DNA from: Rhynchobatus australiae | Taxonomy: Eukaryota | Assembly: GCA_034780895.1 (NCBI GenBank) | Contig: JAUZTB010000127.1 | Location: 74,581,254 to 74,645,253 of the forward strand | Direction of reading: 5' to 3' | Length of the DNA: 64,000 nucleotides | Part shown: positions 50,921 through 63,576 of the stretch, piece by piece | Layout of the letters: each line of letters starts with the position of its first letter | Position numbering within the stretch: position 1 is the first letter of the stretch | Made by a program: the position numbers and the translations under genes | The notes under the pieces: generated by a model | What the model saw: only the letters and a program-made list of their open reading frames with translations | Database searches by the model: none | What the model was told of the DNA's origin: nothing

Positions 50921-51959
50921 TGGAGTTAGTAATTCCAGATCCTAATACAGCATTTCCTGCAGTGAGTAAAGATTTTCCAGCTCTTCCTTCAGTTCATCAG
51001 TTGATTCTGCAAGTACTCATAGAAAAAAGGAAAAAAGAAAATTATTTGGTATTAAAGATTGCGAAATAATAAAACAATGCAATCTTTTAGTTGTGTCTCA
51101 GATATTCAAAGGAAAAGAGCATTTCAGAGGGAGCAATTCTCCATTGAGTATCTGAAGAAACTACAGGCCAGATATTCTGCTGACCATTGAGGTGTTTGAG
51201 CCTAACAGCTGCCTGCCTTTTGAGCATGTTTTTTTCTTGGACCAAGCTTCTGTACATTCTCTTTCCTGGTAATGGCTCCCCGCTACTCAGCAAGACCTAA
51301 CTTAAGGCAGGGCCTCTTCAATTGGCAGGGCCCATCCCCTGAATTGTCTTGACAGATGGTGACAAAATTAAAGGATGACAAAGCTGTCACAACTTAATTT
51401 TTGTAAATATCTTTAGCAATTAAATTTATAAATAACCAAAATCTATGAAAAATAGATAAGCAAAAACATCATAAATTAAATATAATAAACGTAATAAACA
51501 AAAACATTATAAACTCTGGAATGCAATTAAAAAATACTTTTGAATCAAATCAATTAAATCAAATAAAAAGGAAATTACCCTGTACTCATTTTCCGCTCTA
51601 TAGCTATCTTTTCTCATGGAGATCAATGCAGCTGCTGTATATGTACTCAGTTAACCTGGCACTAGTTCAAAGGGCAGATTTCCTAATTTAGGTGGTGCGA
51701 AATCTGTGGAAGTTTGCATTCCTCCTTGGACTAACTGAGATGCCCAACTGTGCTGGGATCAGCTGGGCGAAGACATAGCTGCTTGCACTAGGGAACTTTC
51801 AACCGGCTAAGTCAGCAAAACTGATAGATCCAACTGAAACAACCAGAATTGAGACACAAGATCAGTCCCTATGTATTTTGTGATTTGCTTAAAATTCAGG
51901 TTCAAATTTGCTTTCCAAAGTGAAGTTACTTAAAAAACCATTAACTTTGGTACCACAAG

Positions 51960-52145
51960 CTGAGTTTGGTAGATTAATCATCCCCAGTAAATTAGGTGGG
52001 TGGTAGAGTGTGGGGGGAGTTGATGGAAATGTGGGGAGAATAAAATGGGATGAGTGTAGGATTGGCATAAATGGGTGCTTGATGGTCAGCTTGGATTCTA
52101 TGGGCCAAAGGGCCTGTTTCTGTGCCTTATGACCCTATGACTCTA
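51960..52145 (+). mobile_element. HE1-like SINE 3' half
   Basis: ggggggagttgatggaaatgtggggagaataaaatggga...gggccaaagggcctgtttctgtgccttatgaccctatgactct. Confidence 0.75.
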
Positions 52146-53199
52146 AGATATGGTTAACAATATACCACAGCTTCACTACATGACAAAGAAGTTGAAGGCA
52201 GGTGGCTGAACTGAGGAGATGGCATTAAAAAATGTTCATTAGATTTCCAGAGTTAATATTGAATAAGTTGATTCATGAGACAAAGTCATTTATGACTGTA
52301 CTATTTGTAGCAAGAATTCCACTTGAGAATGGGAATCTAGTTGTTTACATCGTTGCAGCACGGCAAAGTAACTAACTTTCTAGGTTCTTACTGTGTTGTA
52401 TTCCAAAAGTGATGGTTGCTACAATATATCTGTGGAGAAATGGGCAGGTGCTGAATGGAAGATATGCACTTGGTAGAAAAAGAAGCACAAGGTAGTAGGT
52501 ATTAAGGGATGCACAGAGTAGAAATGAACAATTTCCACAGAAGGAAATGGAAGAAATTGGACTGGGACAATCCGGTTCCTATTTTCCCAGAATGAAGTAT
52601 TTAGTACATGACTCCAGGCAGCCATGCAGCTATAGTGTTCTCTATGTCTTTATGGAATTAATTCTGTATCAAAAGGTCAAAAAAGAGAAAAATAAAGCAC
52701 AAGACAAGTTTAATTATCATTCCACCTCCACTCTCTCTCAAGTACCAGACTGACACAGAGAACTGTTGATTATGAGCCTGACGCGAAGAGTTGTAAATAT
52801 CTGATGCAGTTGGACTTTATCTCTGAAAAAGGCCCACTGTAGTGAGGCCAACAGTGGACTCCAGGGCTGCTTGCAGAGCCTGTTGTCAATCTCTCAATTT
52901 AGAAATATTTCTCGTTTGCCTATGCCACACATTTTGCAAAAGTTTCTAGTGCTCTAGTTCACAAACAATATATGTGCTGCTGTTACTGGGTACTACCCAT
53001 ATACTAGTCATTATATAAAAAGTGGTGACATATGCAGAGTATATTATTTGCAGGTGACAAGTATTCAAATAAATTTTAAAGTCCAGTTAAATCATGTGGA
53101 CTTGAATCTGCTTTAAATCATTAGAAGCAAATGACTATGAACAAATTTTAACTAGATATGCTAAAAACAATAAGAAATTCTGTAAGGGCAGAATTTAAG

Positions 53200-53472
53200 T
53201 CTAAACTAAAGGGCATAGGTTTAAGCTGAGAGGGGAAAGATCTAAAGGGACCTGAAAAGCAAGTTTTTCACACAGAGGGTGGTGGGTACATGGAACAAGC
53301 TGCCAGAGGAAGTGGTAGAGGTGGGTAAATTTACAATGTTTAAAAGCTATTTGGACAGTTATGTGGATAGGAAGGTTTAGAGGGATGTGGGTCAAGTGCA
53401 AGCAAATGGGACTAGTTCAGTAAGATACATTGTTTGGCATGGACGAGTTGGACCGAAGGGCTTGCTTCCATG
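53200..53472 (+). mobile_element. CR1 (HER1-like) 3' end
   Basis: aactaaagggcataggtttaag...ttttcacacagagggtggtgggtacatggaacaagctgccagagg...gttggaccgaagggc. Confidence 0.88.
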
Positions 53473-54629
53473 GTAATTTACATCAAATAAAGTTACAAAT
53501 ATCGTAAGATATGAGGAAAAGGGAGAAAACTGGTTATGCACTATTATCAATATATGATCTTCTAGATTGAAATGTAGCCTTAACTCATCACAAGCATCCA
53601 CAAACATGATCAAGACCTCCCAGCCTAATTTGATTTTATCCAGACAGCATGTTACACATCACATTTCACTTTTCACATTTGGAAATCACATTTATGCATT
53701 GAATTGTTTTCTTCAAACTTTGCACTCATAAAACAGTGATAATTCACTGCTCAATAGGATGCCTATGAATTAAAAGGGAGAAAGTGAATATGATATATAA
53801 ATTATAAAGTAAAAGCAAGAACAATCAGCACACCACAAAACCTAGAAAGAAAACTAAGAAGGGAAACAAATAAAAATGTTCTTGATTTCTTTTTTGGGGA
53901 ACTTTTTGGCCACCATCTTGGACTCCCTCTAAAAGAGGGAATAATTTTGGAACCAACATTCACAATGCAGCAAAAGCAAGAAATTTCAACACAACTTGAT
54001 ACACTAATCCATGTGACATGCTGCCTTTGGTTTTGGCAAGTCGCGTTTTGGCTTCAACACAAATAATGCAGCCAAAAGTAACACCGCACAGTGTATCCAG
54101 AGACAATATACTGAATACTTCACCTGTAGTTTACTGCAAGCTCTCACTACATTTTATTTTTTGTTAATCTCAACAGTAGGAAAAAATATTAAGTGCTCCA
54201 CATTTATTGTGGTGTGTTCATGATTATGTTTATAAATCTATCCATATCTGATCCAATAAATTCTGTGTCGTGTTCTTCCATCTGGTGGAATGTCTAATTG
54301 CTCTGTCAGTAATTGATGTACATATGAATCAGATTGCTGTTAACCAGATTGTACATGAAGAGTTGGGTGTGCAAGACATTTTACTCTACTACCTTTTAAA
54401 ACTCAATTCTTTAGCAAGAAAGACAATGGAAAGCTTTATAAATCAGATTTCATCATTGAGTCTCAGCCTTGGGGAGAGAACAGAACATGTAGACTCATAA
54501 ATAAGAGAATGCGAATTTAAGTTTCATTTACTTTTTTCCCTCCACCTATATTTTCACCCACCCCACTCCCACCAATAAATCTTTTCGACTGGAATTCACT
54601 TCCTTTTATAAACTTAATTTATACTGAGT

Positions 54630-55190
54630 ATTGGTAAATTGGTTTATTATTGTCACATGTACCAAGCTATGGTGGAAAAACTTGTCTTGCTTACCGTTCA
54701 TACAGATCAATTCATTACAACAGTGCATTGAGGTAGTACAAGGTAAAACAATAATAGAGTGCAGAATAAAGTGTTACAGTTACAGAGGAAGTACAGTGCA
54801 GGTAGACAATAAGGAACAAGATCATAACAAGGTAGATTGTGAGGTCAAGAGTACATCTTATCATACTAGAAGACCATTCAATAGTCTTTAACAGTGAGAT
54901 AGAAGCTATCCTTGAGCCTGGTGTTACGTGCTTTCAGGTTTTTGTATCTTCTGCCCAATAGGAGGAAGGAAAAGAGAGAATGTCCAGGGTGGGTAGGGTC
55001 TTTCATTATGCTGGCTGCTTCACCAAGGCAGCGAGAAGTGTAGACAGAATCCATGCAGTGGAGGCTGGTTCCTGTGATATGCTGGGCTGTGTCCACAACT
55101 CTCTGCAGTTTCTTGCAGTCATGGGCAGAGCAGTTTCCATACCAATCTGCAATGCATCCAAAAATGATGCTTTCTACAGTGCATTGATAA
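54630..55190 (-). mobile_element. Rex1/Babar 3' fragment
   Basis: YQCTVESIIFGCIADWYGNCSAHDCKKLQRVVDTAQHITG...KDPTHPGHSLF...RLKDSFY; reversed tail ttggtaaattggtttattattgtcac. Confidence 0.92.
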
Positions 55191-56306
55191 ATGAAGGATG
55201 AACAAGAAAGCTCCAGTTTGTACAATTACTTTTCCACTGCAAAATGTATATATTCTTCCCGCAATATNNNNNNNNNNNNNNNNNNNNNNNNNNNNNNNNN
55301 NNNNNNNNNNNNNNNNNNNNNNNNNNNNNNNNNNNNNNNNNNNNNNNNNNNNNNNNNNNNNNNNNNNNNNNNNNNNNNNNNNNNNNNNNNNNNNNNNNNN
55401 NNNNNNNNNNNNNNNNNNNNNNNNNNNNNNNNNNNNNNNNNNNNNNNNNNNNNNNNNNNNNNNNNNNNNNNNNNNNNNNNNNNNNNNNNNNNNNNNNNNN
55501 TGATTTCATAGAAGGGCACTGCAAAAGGACTAGAACTAGGTCATATAACAACCTGCCAACTTGGCTACAGATGGGCTATAGTATAGAAAACTGTAATTTT
55601 GATCTTAGTTCAGAAACATTTACTTGGAATGGTGTACTTTCCATGTTCATACTTGAGAAGACCATTGACAAAGCCCCTATACAATGTCTCTTCCAAACTT
55701 CCAGAGAAGAAATTATTAGATTTTAATATGAGATGAGAAAGAAATGTTTTTAAAGTTGTTTTTCACTGGGTAGTGTGATTTTTCGCAGATTTAGTACTAT
55801 TTCAAATGCAAAATAATAGTCATCTCTAAAAAGTGAGTGAAACATATGCATCCACCGTGTATACTACCATAATTCCTAGACCTCCTTTTGACATGACCTC
55901 ATTCTAATCATTAGCATTGGGAAACATTTTCTCTTTGTGGTTATTCTAAATTACATTTGAATCAGATTGACAAAAAAGCCATTTTGTTAAATGGAGTATC
56001 AGTCGCCGGGAAACCATAATACAGAAGTTAACTTGTCAAAGTATTTTCCCAGCAATCAAGAAATGATACATTATCTGTAGTGTTGCAGAAATAATGTGTA
56101 GAATGGAAATGCTGGGCCATGATTGCAATGTGTTGATGATATAATGAATATGCATTGTCATTAGTGCAAATTTACCCTGCAATCTGAGTAAATTATAATG
56201 GATTTTTATCTCTTTCTGAATCTTGTTCTGGATATATTGCAACATAATCAAGAATAACTAAAATCACACAACCTGTCTTTTGAATTTTGAAAACTAAAGA
56301 ACAATT

Positions 56307-57328
56307 TTAAATTTAAAAGTAACACATTGCAGGAATATCTTTTATTTCTTCCTTGGTTTTCTCTCTTGAAGCTGTTGGCTCTTATTAAGGTTTGGTTCTA
56401 CATGAATGAGCCACCTTTACTGAGCATGACAGGGCACGGGAAATGAGTCAGCATCAGCGAAGTCACAATCAGCGACACTGAATTCTGGCCAGGGTGTATC
56501 ACTAGCTCCACAAGATGAAAGAACTGTATTAACTTTAGTCAAACTTGGTGGACATCTGAAGTATGAACATAATTCAGACAGCATCAGTTCCAAGCTGTGA
56601 TTCTATTCTGTAGTTTATATTTAGTTTACTGAAGTCTACCACTAAAACCACATCCCTGTTCTTAAAAACCCTTTCTATTTCTTCACAGAGAAACTACTTT
56701 CTCTTTTGGGCAGAGGATCTGTAAGATCCTGGTGACAGAGATTCTACTGTCTCGAAGTCATCACAAATATAACAGCTTTCTCCATGAAGAAATACAAAGT
56801 GTTTTTGAGAACAGGGATGTTATTTTAAATGAAAGGCTTCAACCAGTCAGATATACTGATATACAGACACAAGCTGATACTTGGGTAACCTGGTAAAAAG
56901 TAAAGGCGTAGTTGTCAGCAAATTTGAGCTAGTCAAATAGTGGAAAGTTCTGGATTGGCCACTTTTGCTAGACTCTAACTTGATGTGATCACCTGTATTC
57001 CCACTGGAGATACACTCACTCTTTTACCTCCGTTCTTTTCGTAATGCTCAATTTACTCTTGCCCGCAGCAAGAAAGGAGGTAAATTTGTGCAGCTGATGT
57101 TGGAAACAGATTGTGTTCGTGTTATATGTGATAAGAGGTGTTCTGGGAGGGGATGGAAGAACTACTCTCCTTGTCCTGTGAATCATATCATCTGCCTGCT
57201 GCAATGGGAGAAGTGCTCTTGGGGATGTCAAAACTGTAGAAGATGGGGGATAGATTCATAAATAAAGGTTAAACTTAGAAGTAACACACTGCAGGATTGT
57301 CTTTTATTTCTCATTTGGTTTTCTCTCT
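56307..57328. repeat. Pair of 60-bp direct repeats (56307-56366 and 57269-57328)
   Basis: Ungapped manual alignment gives 52/60 identity. Confidence 0.85.
56643..56827. repeat. Inverted repeat, 51-bp arms with 83-nt spacer
   Basis: 56643-56693 versus reverse complement of 56777-56827: 44/51 identical, ungapped. Confidence 0.9.
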
Positions 57329-57924
57329 GGTTTAACTAAATTTTGGAATAAGAATTAACTTCATATATTTTTCATAAAACACATAGAGACCATCTCTCGT
57401 GGCACGCCATGTCATGAGCTTGTAATGCCGAAAAATGCATGTGGACCTTGTTTCATTGACATTTAAAGGAAACCTGCCATGCAGTTGGTCACGGAGAACC
57501 TGTTTCTTCAAGTAAAATACATACTCCTTGCAACAGCTTTCATTCGGGCCTCTCACCTGGTCACCAAGCCATGACCCCACCTATCAAATTAATTACAATC
57601 CTTACCTTATCCCTGAAATCCAATCATGATCTGAACAGCCTCAAAGCAGAACAATGGGACCTTTTCCCTTCCATCCAAATACTCCTACATGTCTCTTAAG
57701 CCTTCCCCATCACCACTGTCACAACTGATCCTTGGATCTTGCCACACAAACCCATCCCCTTACTCTAAACCCACCACCAGGCCACTCTCCCCTGTGATTA
57801 ACCAAGACCAATGAATCCCATGAAGCAGAACCACGTATGGTGCTGGTCCTATAGCACGCAACTATCATGGCTTCAGGCACTATTAAATTTGATATCAGTG
57901 GGTCCTTGGAAAAAATGCTCATCA

Positions 57925-58247
57925 AATTGCTGGGCACCACTGCCCTGAGTGACTGTTCCAAGTTTTGTTAAACTCATTACTCTTATTTTAATTTCAACAG
58001 CATGAGGTGGGTGTGGAGTTACATATAAGCCAGATTGAGTAAGAATGACTGGTTTCCATCCCTGTAGGACATCAAATAACCACAATGAAAATTCGGTAGT
58101 TTTTGTGCTCATCATTGATGAGGTTCATTGTTATTTTTTCAAATTCCACATTATTAACTGAACTTAAATTTCACATCTGCCATTTCTGGATTATTTGTCC
58201 AGGCATCTGAACTATTTGTATGGTAACATACTACTGTGACACTACCT
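57925..58247 (-). mobile_element. SINE-like head of the L2/CR1-group family, decayed
   Basis: gtgggtgtggagttacatataagccagattgagtaagaatgactggtttcc...aaatttcacatctgccat, related to 20490-20755. Confidence 0.5.
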
Positions 58248-59479
58248 TAAATACCCTTATCTGTTAAGAAACTATGGCAGTCTAATTTGAACACTAATTT
58301 TCTTCACAGGACAGGGCTTCAATCTAGGTTAATATGTTCTGGTAATATTTTCCATCATATCTGAGTTACTGATGGTTTGGGTTATGTTGCAGTTCAGACA
58401 TTGACAAATGATAAGTGAGGAGGAAATTTGAAGAACCTGCCAGCCATTATCCTCAAGAGAGCTGTTAAGTACAAAGAAACAACGGATGAGTCAATTTTTC
58501 CATCAACATTGTGCCTGAACTGTTGGAAAGTGATCAAGTACAGCAAGAAGGGGTCAGTCATCTCACCAATTTCTTAACTTTATAGCTGGAAATTTTCTCA
58601 CTTTTTCAATAGTCTGATGCCAAAGTTTTCAGTGGAAGCAGAAATTCTGCTTACCTGGGATATTTTGGCTGCCAAACTAGAGAATCCCTGAGGAAAGTCA
58701 CAACATGCATCCAAAATCGGAAATTCCTGCAATTGAATCAAAGTAATCTTCAGGATCCCAAGGTGCTACTTCCATGACTTCAATTAAAACATATTTTATT
58801 AAATATTAAATGTTTGATAACAAGGCTGAATTGCTGTCAGACCCATTAATTTTCAAGCAATTGTTTTTCCAGAAGTATCTGTCTGAAGAAATATTAGTAG
58901 ATTTCTGAAATCTACCCGTTTTCTCTTTATGGGGTAAGCAAAATTTTCTTCATTAGATCACGCTCTTAATTCATCTAGAAGTCTTAGCCAAGGGAACTAT
59001 GTGTTTCCAATTCATCAAACTGATTTTTTTATTAGTGGTGCTTGCAGTGACACAGAATTGAACTCTCCCTGGAACATTCAAACTGAGAAGTATACTGCAG
59101 AGGAAAAAATTATAAGGATTTCCGGTACACCAGAGGTTCTTCAAATCAAATCAGTGGAAGGATTCAAATACAAGGAATAACAATCTAAAATTGAGACAAT
59201 TAAGATGAAGAAGATAAATCAGATGATTGTGTTTCAACTGAATGGAAATAAATAGTTAAATGTGATAATAACAATATAAACATTATGAGTAGGTTTAAAA
59301 GAGAACTTGGTACAATTTTAAAATGAGAAAGGATGGAGGATTTTGATTGATCTACAAAAAAAAATAGATTGACTAGCTCAGCCTTGTGGCTTTCTCCATT
59401 CCTAATAAAAGATGTATACAATAATAGACCATGATGGATTTGATTCATCACAGCTGCTACTTTTAAATGATGCTGTACA

Positions 59480-59780
59480 TGAATTTGAGCTTAAGATCTA
59501 AGCTCACATACCAATCAAGTATTGAGGGATGACTGTACAGACGGAAGAGCTTTTATTCAATTGAGATGTTAAACCACAGCCTTTCCTTTCCTTTCAGGTA
59601 GACATAAATGACACCATGACACTATTTAGTAGAGTAGAGGAGGTGTTCCAGTGCCTTGACCAACATATTATCCTCAATCAAAATCTAAAGCAGATAATCT
59701 AGTCATAATCACATTGCTATTTGTGGATGTAAAGTGCACAGGTGTGGGAATTTGTGAAAAGTGCAATATAAATGCAGAGC
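59480..59780 (+). mobile_element. SacSINE1/DeuSINE-like SINE
   Basis: tgagatgttaaaccac...caggtagacataaatgacaccatgacactattt...atctagtcataatcacattgctatttgtgg...gtgaaaagtgcaatataaatgca. Confidence 0.7.
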
Positions 59781-60044
59781 TAAAAATTCAATTACACAAA
59801 GCACAAAAATGTTGTGATACATAAAAGAATTATAAGCAAAGTAGTCTTTCTTTCAACAAATCCATATAAATATGGAGTGAGTAATATAGACCTTCCATTT
59901 CTGGAGTGTATCAGATGATTCCAAGAGCTGACACAAAGCTTTAAAAAATATGAATAGTGTCAGGGTGCTCGTTCTCTTCCTCATGTTTTTGTCCTAAGTT
60001 GTCTATCTTGATAACAAGGGTCTACTGCAAAAAACATGAAGATT

Positions 60045-60420
60045 GGGGCAGCACGGTAGCATGGGGTGGCACTGTAGCGTAGTGGTTAGCAGGATGCTAT
60101 TACAGCGCCAGCGACCCGGGTTTGATTCCTGCTGCTGCCTGTAAGGAGTTTGTACATTCTCCCATGTCTGTGTGGGTTTCCTCTGGGTGCTCCGGTTTCC
60201 TCCCACATTCCAAAGACGTACGGGTAGGTTAACNNNNNNNNNNNNNNNNNNNNNNNNNNNNNNNNNNNNNNNNNNNNNNNNNNNNNNNNNNNNNNNNNNN
60301 NNNNNNNNNNNNNNNNNNNNNNNNNNNNNNNNNGTTAATTTGGGGTTTAAAATGGGCAGTGTGGACTCGTTGGGCTGGAAGGGCCTGTTACCACACTGTA
60401 AATAAAATTTTTAAAAATTA
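60045..60420 (+). mobile_element. HE1-like V-SINE, relatively young, spanning a gap
   Basis: tRNA head with A-box (tagcgtagtgg) and B-box (ggtttgattcc); V-domain gtttgtacattctccc..gtgtgggtttcctctgggtgctccggtttcctcccacattccaaagac; CR1-like tail gggctggaagggcctgttacc. Confidence 0.9.
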
Positions 60421-61289
60421 AACAATTCAGACAAAGCCACAAGGCAGTTGGAGGAACATAATAGGTCACCAAGACCAGGGATGTGAAATTCAGCTACATG
60501 GTAACTATAAAGATAGTAATCTGTACATCAAAAAACATCTGCTCTATCTCTGTTGAATATGAAGAACTTATTCTGCCTTTGCGCTACTGGAGCAGGACAT
60601 AAACCACTTTGCCAGTGGCTGTAATGGTCATAGTGTCCTCAACTTTTATATGTTTGCATCTTCAAAGTCAGGAGCTGGAAATATCTGCAACGTATTTCAG
60701 TCTGTCCCTGGTCATTGCCCAAGGGAGTTCACAGACATTCCTTAGACTGAAATACACCTCATTCTCCCTTCCAACAGTGCAGCAGGAACTAAGCAAGAGG
60801 CTTCATCAAGATTGCAGTTTCCTATTGGTGAAAGGTGTCATTAGTTGCAATCATATTGCATTGCAGGCACCACATGTGAACTTGAAGTTATACCACATTC
60901 AGAAGAGATACCCCACCTGCAATGTTTAGTTGGTGAGTGATCATATAAATGCATCAAGTGGGTCAGTGACTGAATTCTGCTTAAAGACATTTGATGATGC
61001 TCCTTTTATGAGATGTCTACAGTTAAACCAATTGTTTTAGAAGGCGTTCAATGGTGAAAAGCTTGCTCAATAACATATAGGCAAACCTCTGTTTTGGAGG
61101 TAGTGAAAGGTAAGGATATATCGAGCTTTTTTTTGTTGCTTACACCAATCTTTAATGTTGTTGTGAAGAATACTTTGTGTACATTGTAAAATTTACTAAT
61201 GGTACCAATAATAAGTAGGTAATTAAAAGTAATAGAATTCATCACAGCTTAATAAATTATATGGATGGCAAGAGGAGGATGTGGATTGT

Positions 61290-61950
61290 AATTTATGAAG
61301 TAACTTCAACATGACACAAACCAAAGGCTACTAGGTAGCTAGAGCTGTCCTCTAACCACAAGGCTGACAGAGAAGATTGATGGCTAACACAAAATGGAAT
61401 CCAAAAATCTTCCATAATTATACAAATAGTAAATTAGTAATGAGAGGAGGAATAGGGTCAATTGGGGACTTGATATATGCATGGAGGCAGGGGGCATGGC
61501 AGATTATTAAATGATTAAATGGCTGTACTGATTTACCAGCTCTGGAAAGGTGGCATCGCAGTAAGGATGGAATTTGCAAAGGTACTATCAATATGTTCTA
61601 ATTGTCTAGGGATAGGGATATGATGCCAGAAAACTAAAATTTCAAATGTTATATCTTTGTTCAAAAAAGGATGCAAGGTTAAAACCAACAAGTATTATGT
61701 TATTGATGAAAAGCTCCTAGAGATGAAAATCTAAGACAAAATTAAATGGTGTATGGACAAGTGTAGATTAATAAAGAAAAGTCAGCATATCTTTATCAGA
61801 GCTAAATCATGATCAACTATAGGTTTTAGATGAAATCACAGAAAAGAGCTATTTGAATTGTGTACATTGATTTTCAAATTGTATTTTATAAAGTGCTAAA
61901 TAACAACTTGTCAGCAAGGTAAGTTTATGTAATAAAAAGGACTGGGGCAA
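61290..61950 (+). mobile_element. Highly decayed CR1 ORF2 mid-region
   Basis: aatccaaaaatcttccataattatacaaatag; caaatgttatatctttgttcaaaaaagg; aaagtcagcat; tacattgattttcaa. Confidence 0.65.
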
Positions 61951-62088
61951 CAAAGGTTATGTCATGTGACAAATTGTCCTCTGGGCTGCAACAAATTATA
62001 TAGAAAGTTCCAGAGGCTCTTTATGATGAGCCCTTGGACAAACTACATATACTTTGTTTCAGCTCCTTATGTCTCAATTGTGCATAAA

Positions 62089-63210
62089 GAGTCAGAGTTG
62101 TACAGCACAGAAACCAATGATCTAAGTTCCTACAGCCTTCCCCTCTGCACCAGCTCTTTAGCCACATGTTCATCTGTCCTATCCTCTTATTTCTACCCTC
62201 ACTAGCATGTGACACAGGCAATATTCCTGAGATTACACCTGCGAGGTGCTGCTTTTTAGTTACACCTTAGTGGTCTGTCTAACTTCTTAATTCACTCTGC
62301 AGGACCTCAGCCCTTTTTCTATCAACATCATTCGTACCAATGTGTACTACGACCTCTGGCTGTTCTCCCTCCCCCTTCAGAATATTCTGGACCCTGGCAC
62401 CAGGGAGACAACATACCATTCTGGATTCTCACCCTCGGCCACAGAAGCACCTACCTGATTCCCTCACTAATGAGTTTCCTACCACTATTTCTTGCATAGA
62501 CATTTCCCTCGCCGGCTATGCCTCAGAGCCAACTGTGGTGCCACAAACTTGGCTGCTGCTGCCACTTTCCTTTGAGAAGTCATCCCACCCAATGGAATCC
62601 AAAATGATATACTTGTTTGAGAGATGAATGACGACAGGGGACTCCTTTTCTACCTGTTTGCACTCACTGCCCTTCCTGGTGGTCACCCATCTCCTTTCTT
62701 ATTGTACCTGTATGTAACTAACTCACTAAATGTACCACCTNNNNNNNNNNNNNNNNNNNNNNNNNNNNNNNNNNNNNNNNNNNNNNNNNNNNNNNNNNNN
62801 NNNNNNNNNNNNNNNNNNNNNNNNNNNNNNNNNNNNNNNNTGTACCTGTATGTAACTAACTCACTAAATGTACCACCTACACCATTTTCTGCATCCCCAA
62901 AGCTCTATTGTGAGTCCAACTGCAGCACCAGTGGCTCTATGCAGTCTGACAGGAGCTGCAACTTCCTGCCAGTAAAATGACTAGACATTGGAAATGTCCT
63001 TCATATTTTACATCCTGCTGGAGGAACATGCCACTGTCCTAGTTTCCATATTCTTTATCTTCAATCCTACCAAGAAAGAAAAAGGACTTAACTAATCACT
63101 ACTCACCTTCCTCACCAACGCCTGCAGTTTGACTTCAATTGCAGCACTTCGACCTCTAAGCCCCTTCGCAAAATGGCTGCTCCCACCACACCTGTCTCTC
63201 CTTTTTATAC
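62089..63210 (-). mobile_element. CR1 5'UTR plus ORF1 (esterase) remnant joined to a CR1 3' tail
   Basis: Minus strand runs from gtataaaaaggagag..gcagccattttg through ORF1 remnants (cagccagaggtcgtagtacacattggtacgaatga = QPEVVVHIGTND; MNMWLKSWCRGEGCRNLDHW) into tttctgtgctgtacaactctgactct. Confidence 0.75.
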
Positions 63211-63289
63211 CTCTTGCTCATCGATAATCCAAAATGGGCAATCCTGGGCTCTGTAAACATACAGAGTACAAAACCCAAATATTATGTTT

Positions 63290-63470
63290 AGCCTCTATGA
63301 ACTATGAGTTCAATTCCTACCATGAGAGATAGGCCCTTTAAGTTGAGCCGGTTAAACAAATGTGGAATTAAAAATAAAGATAACCTCTTCACCCTGTCTG
63401 ACCTTTATATAACTCCACTACCTTGAATGTTGTTCACTCTAAACTGCCCCTTTAAACACCCAAGTAAAAT
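63290..63470 (+). mobile_element. SINE-like head of the L2/CR1-group family, decayed
   Basis: gagttcaattcctaccatg...tgtggaattaaaaa...gtctgacctttatataactcca...actctaaactgcccc. Confidence 0.45.
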
Positions 63471-63576
63471 GGTTTNNNNNNNNNNNNNNNNNNNNNNNNN
63501 NNNNNNNNNNNNNNNNNNNNNNNNNNNNNNNNNNNNNNNNNNNNNNNNNNNNNNNNNNNNNNNNNNNNNNNNNNNG

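Noticed and set aside
56689-56720. RNYFLFW peptide after an acceptor, reminiscent of neuromedin U YFLFRPRN
   Set aside because: Lacks the RPRN-GRR end, and the acceptor lies within an inverted-repeat arm.
61041-61109. AG/GT-flanked 69-nt segment with strong donor
   Set aside because: Stops in all three frames; no support as a coding exon.
62703-62878. Exact 38-bp direct repeat
   Set aside because: Flanks a 100-N gap; assembly overlap artefact.
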